From: Octopus sinensis
Taxonomy: Eukaryota
Direction of reading: 5' to 3'
Assembly (NCBI RefSeq): GCF_006345805.1
Contig: NC_042998.1
Location: 102,982,001-103,046,000 of the forward strand
DNA: 64,000 bases
Shown: piece after piece, positions 1 through 13,590 of the stretch
How the letters are laid out: the number at the start of each line of letters is the position of its first letter
How positions within the stretch are numbered: the stretch's first letter is position 1
Position numbers and translations under genes: made by a program
Notes under the pieces: generated by a model
Database searches by the model: none
The model's input: only the letters and a program-made list of their open reading frames with translations
Told to the model about the DNA's origin: nothing

Positions 1-3000
1 ATCAAACTTTTGTTACCAGTTGGTTTGAAAAAGTACTTTTGGTGACAGAAAGTCAATTTTGTCCATTTCGGCAAGTTAAATAGTTAAATTTAGAAGCCGT
101 TTATTTCATGAGAGCTTGTTTTATTTTTTGTAAACCCAACCAAGTGAAGATTGAGGTGCAAAGCAGTACATTTACAATGTTCAAAAATCAATTTTTCTCT
201 GAATTTTTGATTGGGCAATTGGTTATAAATAACAGTGAAGCAATCATTTCTTACACTAGTTTCCAGAAAGCCTTTTCAGTACGATTACAGTCATATTCTC
301 GTAAAAATATATCCTTCTTTTGTACAACCTTCAATCATTTTAAAATTATTCCCCAATTTTATAATATTTGCCACTTTAGCATCTATTGTGTTCAAAGTCA
401 AGTCCATAGATTTGTTATTTACTCGTGTGCTAACAACGAGGTTCAAGACATAATAAGCATTCGATGCTAAATTTAAAGTGCTCAATGTAATGTGAAACAG
501 AGTTCAGTAACAGTAATATAGGTAAATGGTGAAAATGGCATTGCAGCTGATAAACAGTACTTATAAATTCATAAATTAAGGCATGTTATGACATGTGAAC
601 GTTACCGGACAATTAAGAAGGTAAACTAGTATTATATTTATATGTATCTGACACTCCATAATGTATTAGTGATATTTTTGAAGTAGAACATCCAGAAACA
701 ATTTCCATTACTATTATATCTATTCATTGAGAGCTGTTGACTCCTTTTTGATACCGAGAAGCGCAGAGGGATTTATCAAAATTCTTCCTCGTTCTATTTC
801 TTTGATCTTCTCTAGAAAATCAAAATTCATTTCATCATATACAGCATTATTTTGCTTATAACTCCAGCAAATAGAATATTTGAAGAAAAGGAACACTGTG
901 TTCAGTCTAATAATTTCTTGCTTCGAGATACGACGTCTCCTATAGAGTTAAATCCCGTTTCCTTTTAAGTTAATTCACGTCTACTTTGGGGGTATTTCAA
1001 CACGTTTTATAGAAAATATGTTGTCCTTCTAAAACTATACTTAAATCTTTTTATGTCCGAAATAATCCAATGAATTTGACGATATTCGATTTGGGACATT
1101 TTAGATGCTTGATAGCCACTCAGTTAAATAATTTGTTTTGTATATAATCGGTGAGCTGTTTCCCAATCATTCTGATCAAACACACTACTCTTTATTTACT
1201 TTTATTGTGTACATCAACGAAATTTATTCCTATCATCGAAATAATCCAGAATCTAGTTTTGAACTGTAATCTAATCTTCAAAAACATTTGTATAAAACTA
1301 AATCTAAATGTTATTTGCAAGGATAAATACAGATATTGAAAGCAAATTGCCAATACCGTTTTAGAGAATTATATAACTGTGAGTTAAATAAATGAAAATA
1401 GTCTGAAAATAATATGGGAAGATTAGTAACCAAAGAGTTATTATCTTTTGTTTTCTGTATTGGAATATACAGGTAATTCCGAATATCAATGATTCGCAGT
1501 TGAAGTTAATTCGTACGTATTGATAACGAAACTTTTCAACAAAGTTAGATTTTTATACAGATATTGCATATCCTGTGCTAATGATTTCCATAAGACAGAT
1601 AAGTCTCAACGATTGCAGGATATAGGATTGTTCGTTGGTAAATGTTGATTAATGCATGCTGCCATAGCAGTTTTGAAAGTATATAGATGATAGATGCTTC
1701 AAATATCAATAATACATATAAGTATTTGTACGGAGTTATGAGTGTAGGTGAATGTCTGTGTTTTACATAAACAAGTATACACATATGTATAATTCGTATG
1801 TTTGTACAGTATCAGGAACAGTCGAATCAGAAGATGCAGGCTCCATCCCGTGATCATCATTTACCTCCAAATTTATCAAGAATATCTAATATTTTGTTTC
1901 ATATTATACTTGTATACATACATTATTCTTGATTATGCACGACATTACTGTTTAAACAAGCAATTCTGGACAATCTATACTGTTTAGTATTTAGACAGAT
2001 TCCTGATAGCCGCATCTAACACATTATTCTTAATATCAGATGTGTGGTATTCACTGATTTTTCTTTCTGTAAACACTATCATTAAGTTACTGATTACATA
2101 TATAGTAGGTTTCTAATGTGAATAATAGCGTGTGTATGTGTGTGCGTGTGTATATGTCGTTAAATTGGGTTTTCAATAGTCGTTTACTCTGATATTTGTT
2201 TTGACATTTTTCAAAGCAATTCACGTCCTTCTTAACATTTGTGCTAGATTTTGTCACGCTTCTAATCTCCCTTAATAGGAAAACAGTTCTATCATAATTC
2301 CAGAGTAATAGTTCAGTTTTATCTTTCTAAATCAAAACCTTAATTGCTAAACACTGGCGTCCGACAAAAAACTTTATGTCGATTACTCATATTCTGGGGG
2401 GTCCAGTACATAGACAAGCAAGGGGTTCATTTTAATATCTCACACACATGTATTAAATTCAAGGAGTGTGCCAGAATCTTGATATTCTACGAGAAGCAAT
2501 TTATTTTCAGAAACTTCGTCATATAAAGCGGCTCATTATACCCTAAATTTCATCAAAATTCAGTGACATCCTGAAATTTCTAAGAATATATCCTCCCAAT
2601 ATTCGGATAGTCAGCAAATTGTATAACAAATTTAATCTCTTTTCCGCTCTGTACACTAGCGCGCGCACACCCAAGCAAACATATACACACACAAACACCT
2701 CTTTCACTCTCTCTTTCTCTCTATTTGTTTATCTGTCTATTTGTATATGTATGCATGTATGTATACAAATATATAGTACAAGAAAGTTACAGACAGACAG
2801 ATAGGTTAGTAGAAATACAATTGCGAGTAAATTTAATGTAGTAATTATGAAGAAAATATTATGTAACAATGTGTTGTACGATATTAGAAAATAGAGACAG
2901 CAAACAAATATCAGGCGAGAAATCGATTACTAATAACAATAGTTGTGAAGTGAATTATTTCAAAATAAATAAATAGATAAATAAATAGATAAATGAATAA

Positions 3001-3399
3001 GCAAAAAAGTAAATAAATAGATAAATAAATAAACAGAAATGGGAAGATTTGTTAGATAAGAATTTGTTAAGGCCGACATTTTGTGTTTCTATCGAGTCGA
3101 AGTCCAGTCCATTGTAATATTACCAGACACATTAAGCAAGTTAAAGTTCTTTAGGTTTTATCAAAGGACATCATTTCAACATGATATAGCTGCGTTAATA
3201 ATATTTAAGTAAATTTGTGGTAACGGGAAAAGTAGCATGAATGACACAATTGACACAGAATTAGTGAAGTGGCTTGCGACACTCGTGCCGTTTTACGTTG
3301 TGAATTTATGTTCTTTTATTTTCTTAAACGTTTCAGTGATTAGACTGCGGCCATGCTGGGACAATATCTTGAAGAATTTTAGTCGAACAAATCTACTCC

Positions 3400-3551
3400 A
3401 GTATTTATTTTTAAAAGCCTAGTACTTATTCTGTCGGTCTTTTTACTGAACCGCCAACTTACGGGACCATAGACACACCAGCACCAGTTATCAAGCGGTG
3501 GTGGGAGGGCAGACATTGACACATATACACACAAATAAAACACACACACAC

Positions 3552-3588
<37 letters not shown>

Positions 3589-3742
3589 TTCGGCGGGTTT
3601 CTTTCAGTTCCGTCTAACACATCCACTCACAAGACTTTGGTCGGTCCGAAGTTATAGTGAAAGACACTTGCCGAAAGTTTCACACACTGGAATTGAACAA
3701 AGGACCTTGTGGCTTAGAAGCAAAACTTCTTACAACACAATT
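3400..3742 (-). mobile_element. tRNA-derived SINE family 1
   Basis: Homologous to 7960-8358 (reverse complement), with internal (TA)/(CA) tract. Confidence 0.8.
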
Positions 3743-4689
3743 ACTATATACAGCAAGTTCAACGTATTTTTTCTGTAATGCTGATGTTCGTTGATTTAGT
3801 TATCTATATCTCACCTCATTAGGATACAAATATAAATATATGTGGCCGCGAGCCCATGTTGAAATATATGACTCAAAAGTAACACTATAATTAACGAGTT
3901 GTTCTTTCTTTTCGTGAATTTAATTAAAAAAATACTAATCAAATAAATACTAATTCGATTTGTTTCAAGAATCTAACACCGAAAACTCCTTTATTCTTTA
4001 ACAACTTTCAGTTATATCTGCAACAATCCAATCCTTATATGTCCGAGCTAGTCTTTGTTTTATCCATCTTAAAAAATACCATACCAGTACCGCACTCCTC
4101 TCATCCTCCAACTGAGTTATAAAAGCTGTAATTGAACCTACGCTAGTGTATTACTTATGTGTGTCAGAAAAAACTCTGACAACAAACACAATAATTATTA
4201 GTGGCATCCCCCCACCCACCCCAATTCTGAAAAGCAGTCATTCATTAACCACCGCCCAGCAGTATCTTTTATATCACTTATATTGCATCTATAATGATTT
4301 TATGCGTCTTTTTCTATTTGGTTATCACCTCCACATGGGCTTTATCGTACATTATTTATTTTATCGTCTTTATTCACCTATATTGCATTTTGCCCAATAC
4401 CCTATAAAAACGCTGTGTTGCATCTTTATAATTCATAGGGTCATCTATCTTGAAAACCAGCATAGTCAATATTTTCCTTTCAGCTAATAAGAATTCAAAC
4501 TGCGCATTAATCTTAATAACCAATTACGATTATTGCTGCCAACCAGTAGATACGAAGATATCGTAAAAGTCTTTGACTAGATTTTTCTCTTCTAAATATT
4601 AGTGAATTCAAATAGTGATAAGTGCAGAATATTTTTAACTGAAGAATATATGCATTGAAACTGGAAAAGCGGAGAATAATAATGATTTC

Positions 4690-4885
4690 AAATATTGGCA
4701 AAGGACAGCAATTTTGGTGAGGGGGTAAATCTATTGCATCGCTCCTAGTGTTCAAAATGAACTTATTTCATCGACCCGAAAAATGGACGAAAGGCGACTC
4801 CGGTGGCATTTGAACTCCGAACGTAAAGACGAGCGAAATGCCGCTAAGCATTTTGTCCGGCGTGCTAATGATTTTGTCAGCTCGC
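4690..4885 (-). mobile_element. tRNA-derived SINE family 2
   Basis: Minus head gcgagctgacaaaatcattagcacgccggacaaaatgcttagcggc..gagttcaaatgccaccggag; homologous to 10790 and 26563 copies. Confidence 0.75.
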
Positions 4886-4999
4886 AGAGAATAATATTAA
4901 CAATAATACTGACTTAAGACACCAACAGGTAAGGTTCTGTGCTTTGGTCAGAAGCCATGTAGATGGAGGCTAAATCCTAGTGAGTGGCACCATGTGCAA

Positions 5000-6330
5000 G
5001 TGTGACGCAGAATCGTACAGATTAGTCCATTCTGTGCGGATTTTCTCAAATGATGTCAGAATTGAGTTTAACTTTCAACATGTGGTGATGAGACAAGGAA
5101 ATGCTTGTCAAAACAGCAGGTATATGTATACCAATTAGTGAAATGACAAAGGCAATTGAACCTGAATTCGCGTAAAAATACGTGAGAATAATTCCGATAT
5201 CTGGTATTAAGCATGATGATATGAACGAAAAGACAAAGAGCGAGAATCTACGGTGATTGAGAAAGATAGATTGAAATAGAATGCCAGAAGCGCAATTTAG
5301 GTAAAAAAACGCGTGTGCAGTTGCAAAGTTCAGCATATAGCTGGAATTCAGAAGTGGACAGAGGATGAGCTAAAGAAGTTGGACCGGAAGATAAGAGCGT
5401 TCCAAATCATTCATGGAGAGCATTATCTGCGTACAAGCACTGATCGTCTATATATGAAGAAAGCAGGTGGAAGAAGTAGATTGATAAATGTGGAAGACTG
5501 CGTGCGTCATGAAAATCGGAGCTTGTTGAGATATCTAACTAACAATGATGAATCCTTATTAAATGCAGTTAGGGATGAAGACATATTTAAAGCAGGAATA
5601 AAGAAAAGAATAATATAAGAAGTACAAGGACATGAAGAGGCACTACTCAAAAGGGAGCTACACAATCACTTCAATAAAGCAACACCTGAAGTTACTATAG
5701 AATATAAGTGGGGCTTGTTAAAGAAAGGAACACTTAAAAAGGAGATGAAGCTTTGGTCGCAAATTGGAGGGTCAACCTTAGAAATGAGCGTCTCCATTGT
5801 GCAGAATTTGCAATAGATATGACGAAATTATTGACCATGTTGTGAATAAATGTTCTCGACTAGCCCAAAACTAATATAAGTTGAGGTGACATGATGCTGT
5901 ATCGAAAGTGTTGCATTGGAAACTGTGAAATTTGGGGGTTAGAGAGAAGCAAGATGTTGTATGAACACAAACCACAGAGAGTGGCTGAATTGGGGAAGAG
6001 TAAAATCATGTAGGGTTTCCCAATTCAAATGGACCAGGTGCTTGAGCACAACCAGCACAATCAGTGGTGGAGAAGATGAACCATGCGGGCCCCTTGACAC
6101 AGGAATAGTCAAGAAAAAAGACGAAAAAATAGACGTATACTCTCTTCTAAAATACAAAGTAGCACGGCGGTGGAAAATGAAGAAAGTGAAGATATTACCA
6201 ATTATTATTAGGTCCCTTTGGGAAAAAGAAATGCTGCTGGCAATTAGAAACCAAATTCCTACTTCCTATTTATGTGGAAGTTACTGTCAGGAGGAATTCA
6301 GAAGAACTGTAAAAATTTCTTGATGAGAAC
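5000..6330 (+). mobile_element. R4/Dong-type (RLE) non-LTR retrotransposon relic, copy A, 5'-truncated and disrupted
   Basis: AGIQKWTEDELKKLDRK..DRLYMKKAGG..LINVEDCVR, followed by zinc-knuckle and RLE-region remnants with many stops and frameshifts. Confidence 0.75.
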
Positions 6331-6399
6331 AATATTATTACCGACGAAACAAAAAGGCTGTTGAAGGAGATACAGAGGTACCAAAGATCGACTATTGAT

Positions 6400-8660
6400 A
6401 GATATAATGGTAAGGTAAGATTGGAAAAGTAAGTGAACAAATCAGGTAATGGCCTGGATTGACTATGACCGAATTCGACATTCGTGGATTATCGAGTAAT
6501 TAAATTTGTTTGGAATTGCGAGGAATGTAACGTGTTTCCTGAAGAGAAGTATGGTGAGATGGAAAACTGAACTGATATCTTATGAAAAAGTTTGGGCACC
6601 CTGTGTATCAGAATAGGGATTTTCCAGGGTGATAGCCTATCTCCGTTGTTTTTTATTCTCTGCTTGATACCCCTGACCTTGGAACTTAGGAAAATTTACC
6701 TGGGTACCAACTAAAGGGAAAATCCCAAACAATCAACCACTTCCACTTCATAGATGATTTGAAACTGTATGGCAAAGTTGAGACCCAAGTGAGTTCCTTG
6801 GTGAACAATGTCCACTGTTTTATTGCTGATATTAGAATGGAATTTGGACTAAAGAAGTGTGAAAAAATCTACCTAAAATGAGGCAAAGTACAGTCCCTAC
6901 CAGGGATAAAAGTACCATATAGAGACTTGATTAAACAAATTGAAACGGAAGGATACAAATGCCTTGGTGTACTAAATTTCTACGAGATAATGGTAAAGGA
7001 AATGAAAGTGGAACTGTGGATGGAGTATTTCCGACGACTGAGGTTGGTGTTGCATCCAACATTGATTGCATGAAATAGAATCCAAGCAGTTAATACGTAA
7101 GCAATTATACCTCTTCGGTATTGAGCGGGAATTCTAAAATGGCAAAGGAGAGAAGTGAAGAAAATGGATACCAAGACCAGAAAAATGTTGACAGTACATG
7201 AAAACTTCCACTCTAAGAGTGACCCCTATAGCCTGTACTTGACCAGAAGAAAGGGTGGGAAAGGTTTCGTCCAGTTTCCAGCACTGCACCGAAGCAAAGG
7301 AAAGCAGCTCAGTTTGCTATATAGAAAATGCCGTGGAGCCACTGTTGTAACACACGAAGAAGGCTGGTGACATCAAAACTGACAATTGCTTAATGAAGGA
7401 AATGAACAAAAAGTAAAATGAAAAAGCAATGAAAGAAAAGAAAATGTACAGTCAGTTTACAAGAGAGGTAAACGCTAAGGCAGATACAGTGGACTGGTGG
7501 ATATGGATGAAGAGGAATGGCCTGAAGATAGAGACCAAAATACTCAAATGCTCAGGAACAAACATTAAGGACCAACTATATAAAGTGCAGAATAGACAAC
7601 ATTACCGATAGCGACGAATGCACAATGCATGGTGATGGAGTGAAACGGTATGGCACATCGTTAGCGAATGCCCGAAATTGGCACAATGCGAATACAACAG
7701 ATTCCACGACAATGTGGCAAGAATGCTCTAGTGGGAGCTCTGCGGAAATCATGGCCTACAAAGAGCAACGAGTGGTATGAGAAAATTCCAGAAGGAGATA
7801 CCGAAAATGAGAATTGCAAAATCCTGTAGGATGCAATGATCCAGTGCAATCACCCGACCAGACTTCGGAAACCGGACACGGAAACCGTTGTGGTGACTAA
7901 AAGTGAAAGAACATATATGATAACCGACATACCATGCCGCGGTTAGAAAAAATAAACAACGCAGGAGTATCTGCGTGGTAAGTAGCTTGCCTACCAACCA
8001 CATGGTTCCAGGGTTCATTCCCACTGCGTGGCACCTTGGGCAAGTGTCTTCTGCTATAATCTCGGGCCAACCAAAGCCTTGTGAGTGGATTTGGAAGACG
8101 GAAACTGAAAGAAGCTCGTCGTATATATGTATATATATGTATATGTGTGTATATATTTGTGTGTTTGTGTTTGTCACCCAACATCGCTTGACAACCGATG
8201 TTGGTGTGCTTACGTCCCTGTAACTTAGCGGTTCGTCAAAAGTGTACGATAGAATAAGTACTAGGCTTACAAAGAATAAATCCTGGGGTCGATTTGCTCG
8301 ACAAAGGGTGGTGCTCCAGCATGGCCGCAGTCAAATGATTGAAACAAATAAAAGAGTATAACTATGACGATTTGAAGTGGGAAATACGATGGTTGTGGTC
8401 AATGAAGAGAGTAAACGTGATACGAATAGTATTTGTACACTTGGAAGTGTCAGCACTCAGCTACCAACATGGTTGAAAAAGATCAGTGCAAGTGTGAAGG
8501 TAGAACACCTACAAAAATCAGCATTGCTTGGAACTGCAAGACATCTTCGTATGGTTTTTGAAGGATGATCAATAAACAAGTGTTATCTTAGTCTGCTGTC
8601 TGTGGTCAGCTGTCCTTCTATCATATTCAGTAAAATAAGCTGTGAGTTTTCATAGAAGAC
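6400..8660 (+). mobile_element. R4/Dong-type retrotransposon relic, copy B, interrupted by a SINE, ending at (GAA)n
   Basis: RT motifs WIDY, GIFQGDSLSPLFFILCLIPL, NHFHFIDDLKLYGK; CCHC-like ETVWHIVSECPKLAQ; C-terminus LQKSALLGTARHLRMVFEG* at 8568. Confidence 0.8.
7960..8358 (+). mobile_element. tRNA-derived SINE family 1, near full length, inserted into R4/Dong copy B
   Basis: A-box-like tgcgtggtaag, B-box-like gggttcattccc, central (TA/TG) tract, tail ggtgctccagcatggccgcagtcaaatgattgaaacaaataaaagagta. Confidence 0.85.
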
Positions 8661-8835
8661 ATAGAAGAAGAAGAAGAAGAAGAAGAAGAAGAAGAAGAAG
8701 AAGAAGGAGGAGGAGGAGGAGGAGGAGAAGAAGAAGAAGAAGAAGAAGAAGAAGAAGAAGACGAAGAAGAAGAAGAAGAAGAAGAAGAAGAAGAAGAAGA
8801 GAAGAAGAAGAAAAGAAGAAGAAGAAGAAGAAGAA
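8661..8835 (+). repeat. (GAA)n/(GGA)n microsatellite
   Basis: Direct reading. Confidence 0.97.
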
Positions 8836-8849
8836 GGCTGATAACGACA

Positions 8850-10090
8850 TGAAGGAAAAGACAAAATGAGAGTACTTGCGGCAAATGAGAAAAATATTGG
8901 CTTCAAAGCTGAAAACCAGAAACATTATTTCAGCAATAAACTCGTGCGCAGTTGCAGTAGTTCGGTATGGCGCTGGAATCCTAAAGTGACCAGAGGAGGA
9001 GCTAAAGGAGATGGACAGGAAGTCAAGAAAGCTCCTTACGGTGCATGGAGCCCAACATTTACGTGGAGACACTGATCGTCTCGCAAACGGAGGAAGGGGA
9101 CTGATAAGTGTAGAAGATTGCGTGTGTATCGAACTTGAGAGTTCAGTGAGATACCTAGCCCAAAGTAAGGAAACATTGCTAGAGACAGGAAAGCGAGAAT
9201 AATGAAAGCAGAAAGAATAGGGAAAGCAAAGGAAGAATTACAAAATGACATGAAGAATAATTACGCAAGAAGGGACTACACAATCATTCCATCTAGCCAC
9301 AACAGAAGTTGCAGGAAAACATAGGTAGGATTGGTTGATGAAATGTACACTAAGAAAAGAGACCGAAAGCAAACTGTGGTCACGAAATGGAGGGTCAACC
9401 TGATGAATGAGCAAGTGTCTTCACTGTGCCGCATCTGCAACAGAGTGGATGAAACCAGTGCCCATATCACTAACGAATGCCCTACACTTGCCCAGAACTA
9501 CTACAAGTTGTGACAACACGATCAGGTAGCGAAAATGCTTCACTGAAAACTGTGCGAAAGTGGGGCTAGAGAGAGGCAAGATGTGGTATGAGTACAAACC
9601 TCCGAGAATGGCGGAGTCGTAGACTTCCAAAATTTGGGATTTCCCAATCCAAATAGATGACGTGTTAATGCATAACAGACCGGGCCTAGTGGTGGTGGAA
9701 AAGGTGCACCACATATGCTATATAGTTGATGTTGCATGCCCCTTTAACCCACGAATAGTTAAGAAGAAAGGTGAAAAGTTTGATAAATACAACGCTCTTT
9801 AGTACGAAATAGCCCGGCTATGAAAATGAAGAAGGTAAAGAGAGTGCGAATTATTGTTGGGTCCTTGGGAACGATACATAAAAGGCATCATGGAGACTAT
9901 AAATTAAATTGGAATAGAGTGCCCAGTAGAATTGTTACCAAAATTTTGTCTTGTTAGCATGGCCAGAATAATCAGGAAAATATTAGATAGCCGAAAAGAA
10001 CGGACAGCATGGTACCGTAGGCTGCAGGTAGCAATCCCGTCACGTATGCAGGACTCTAGGAGCTCCAACAAAATCTGTGATAAAGAGAAA
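8850..10090 (+). mobile_element. R4/Dong-type retrotransposon relic, copy C, ending at (AAT)n
   Basis: EYLRQMRKILASKL..AINSCAVAVVRYGAGIL; CRICNRVDETSAHITNECPTLAQ; RLE-like RPGLVVVEK..YIVDVACP..EKFDKY. Confidence 0.8.
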
Positions 10091-10092
10091 TG

Positions 10093-10148
<56 letters not shown>

Positions 10149-10196
10149 TAATAACAACAACAACAACAACAACAATAATAGTAATAATAATAATAA
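10090..10196 (+). repeat. (AAT)n/(AAC)n microsatellite
   Basis: Direct reading. Confidence 0.97.
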
Positions 10197-10780
10197 AATC
10201 CCTGATACAGTACCAGATAGTGGCTATGCCCTGACGCAGTACCAGACAGTGGCTCTCATGCTTTATGATTTTCACTGATTAGAAGTGTTATCATGTACAT
10301 TGTTTTTTCTTGATGGGCTACCGCAAATATTCTGTTCAATACAACAGTTTAGCTTGTCAATTGCTTGACCATAACCAGCTGAGTGTGTCCCTTGGTAGCT
10401 GATGATATGTACATATCTGATCACATGCAGAAGTAATCGGGGAGCATCATAGACATATGTTGAGAGGAATTCTTTGGATTTTGGATAATTCACCTCTGGA
10501 AACATGGGGGTTTTGCTTCATCATCCTTGACAATCCTTATTCAGAGACCTTTTGTGCGGTACGGACTACTTGACCTAAAGAAAATTCTAATTGGGGCCCA
10601 CTTGCAAGGTCATGCGCTGTTTTGCTTTATATATGTGATCACCATTTTTCGCACATATGATTGTGATGCATGTGCCTAGTCTACCTTTATTAGACGTGTA
10701 GTCAGGATGGGTATACTGGGCTTCGTATATTTCACCCCGGTGTCACTTTGATGGCATGCACTGCACTCTCTCATTTAATA
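10197..10780. repeat. Candidate ~580-bp interspersed non-coding element abutting the (AAT)n tail of copy C
   Basis: Higher-complexity non-coding block between AAT-rich ends, starting with a ~30-bp imperfect direct repeat (ccctga..cagtaccaga.agtggct). Single copy in the window. Confidence 0.35.
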
Positions 10781-10789
10781 AAAATAATT

Positions 10790-11160
10790 ATTATTTCAAA
10801 TTTTTGTCGCTAAAGCAGCTTGGGGTAAGACATGAGTCGATTACATCAACCTAGTGTTCGACTGGTACTTATTTTTATCGACACCCGAAAGGATAAAAGG
10901 CAAAGTGGACCCCGGCGGCATTTGAACTCAGAACGTAAAGTCGGACGAAATAGGTAATAATCGTAATAAGAAAACGTGGATTTGTCTCTAATTTAGGCAC
11001 AAGACCAGCGTTTTTGTGAGAAGTGGTTAGTAGGTTACATCCACACTACAACTTAACTATGAGGTTATTTTAATCTACCTGAAAGGATAAAAAGTGAAAT
11101 TGACCTTGGTGCTGATTGAACTGTGATCTTAAGCGGAAAACACAAATACAGAAATGCTTC
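10790..11160 (-). mobile_element. Two adjacent SINE family 2 fragments (10790-10951 and a more decayed 10985-11160)
   Basis: cccgaaaggataaaaggcaaagtggaccccggcggcatttgaactc and a degenerate repeat of the same motif at ~11075-11130. Confidence 0.65.
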
Positions 11161-11740
11161 ACGATCCAAGTGCCCAATTAAAGGATGTATTATAGATCTA
11201 CACTCGTCTCATAATAGAAAAGAAAGGGAAAGAAATGTGTCTCCCATAAGCTTTGGCGCTTAAGCATTAATGGCAAAAGAAAGTATAGATGAACAAGGCA
11301 TTGGCTTGCGGAAGGTTGTAAAATTATTTGTGTCTTTATCATAAACGTTTCACTTTCATTTCACTTTGTGGCGCAAAGTCTCAATTTCAAATTTTTAATT
11401 CCGCTTGCAAATTCAAGAGGTGAGTCGTTTATGTATGTCTCATGTGAAATGATAGCGGATAATTTACACTGGTTTTCAGGAGTCAAATTAATCTTCCTTA
11501 AAATATGTCACTATAAGATAGAAAAAAGTTTTGCTCGCTCTCAATGCATGGAAGACGTTGTGTGAGAATTTCTGTTCAAGAATAGTAAGTAGAAGTATTC
11601 TACTAGAAAATGCATATAGATAAAAACATTGACACTAGCATGTAAAAAATTGAGAAGAAATGGCTCCTAAAATATATATTACCAGTGAGCAAATTCTAAG
11701 ATAGCACTAGCGTGAGTGCCCACGTATATATATATATATA

Positions 11741-13590
11741 TATAAAATATTATTCGAGACAAAACCACTATTTTGCAAAACAAACAAGGAAAGACTAATT
11801 AATACATATAATTTTAATAAATAGTCAAAAAAACCGCCACTACAATCGTTTCTTGTCTTGATCGACAATCTTCAGGTGGACTTCCAATCTAAAAAATCAA
11901 TATTTTAAAATATAAAAATAATAATTTTAAAATAATTAAAGTATGAATGAAAAAATATAAGTATATAATCCATATATAACCTATCTATAATCCATATATA
12001 AACAATATATAAACAATATATAAACTAAAAAAACCTATCAACAATTAAATATAAAATATAAAATATAAAATATAAAATATAAAATATAAAATAAAAAATA
12101 AAAAATATAAAATATAAAATATAAAATATAAAACAAAACAAAAAAAAATAATAATATAATAATAAACTATATATACACCCATACGCATATACCTAATTAT
12201 ATATAACCATATCTAACTACATACACTAAATCACACACCTATATATATATCCCTATACATACACATAAAAATGTCTAGGCAACTATAAATAAATAAAATA
12301 GCTAAATACTTCAACACAATACTTATTCATACTCCCACACACACACACATACAACCCACATTCACGCTCTAGAAAACGGACATCACTCAAAACTATGAAC
12401 GGAGAAATGGAATAAATGGAATTAAAAATTATATACACTTGGTAAAACAAACACTACTTAAAAATTATGAATGAAACAATGCAATAAAACAACAGACATC
12501 GCAAATATACACAAATTACTACAAATTCCTTATCAAACCTACCATGATAACCAAAATTCATAAAAACATATAATGATAAAATCTCCCTTTACTAAACTCT
12601 ATAACAAACCTATATAGCAATCCCCCTAACCTAAACATTCACACACACAAATACACACACGTAAACCACACACCCACGACATATACAAATACCCACACCA
12701 CTTACACATACCAATACATACATATAAACCTCAACATATACTCCAAAAACCCACTCAACCCCACACAGACAAATAAACACAAAAATTATGAATGGATTCA
12801 TTTATAAAACTACCATAATAATCTAAAACTCACAAAACAGAAATGATAAAACCTCCCTTTACTAAACACTAAAACATACTTATATAGCAATTCTTTTAAC
12901 CTATACATTCACACACCAAACCACTCGTAAACCACACACCCATAACAAATACAAACCCCCACCCCACTCACACACACCCACAAGTACATATAAGCCTCAA
13001 CATATACACCAAACAAAATTACTTTACCAAGGAACTTAACATATATATAAAAAGTATAACCGCTCTGGAAACGAACATCTCTAAATTAATGAATGGAGAA
13101 ATGGAATAAATGGAATTAAAAATAAAATTCACGTGGCAAAACGAACACCACTCAAAAATTATGAATGAAACAATATAATAAAACAACCAACATCGAAAAT
13201 AGACAAATTACTACGAATTCCCTAAAAAAAACCATGATAAACCAAAACTCTTAAAAACATATAACGATAAAATCTCCCTTTGCTAAACTCTATAACAAAC
13301 CTATATAGTAATCCCCCTAACCTAAACATTCACACACAAACACACACGTAACCACATACCCACGACTTATACACATACCTAAACTAACTTATAAACCTCC
13401 ATATACACCAAAACCCACTCCCTCCCACACAGACAAATTAACTCATACATCCCAAAACCTAAATAACAAACCCATATACACATTCACACACAAACACACA
13501 CACACGCAAAACACACAAACACAACATATACATATACTCCCTCACATATACGCATATACATACTCACTAAACTCAATATATACAACAATA
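11741..13590 (-). repeat. 3' pseudo-LTR of the large PLE
   Basis: Near-identical to 19780-21532 (direct) and 21533-23400 (inverted). Visible differences are scattered SNPs, homopolymer lengths and the (AAAAT)n copy number. Confidence 0.92.
11837..11879 (-). ncRNA. Minimal type I hammerhead ribozyme (3' pLTR)
   Basis: Minus strand CCAC-CTGAAGA-TTGTC(GATCAA)GACAA-GAAAC-GATT-GTA^GTGG: stem I CCAC/GTGG, intact core, GUA cleavage triplet. Confidence 0.8.

Noticed and set aside
1-560. Coding-looking stretch with ORFs 108-470 (+) and 291-485 (-)
   Set aside because: No recognisable domain, start context or splice pattern; cannot be distinguished from chance.
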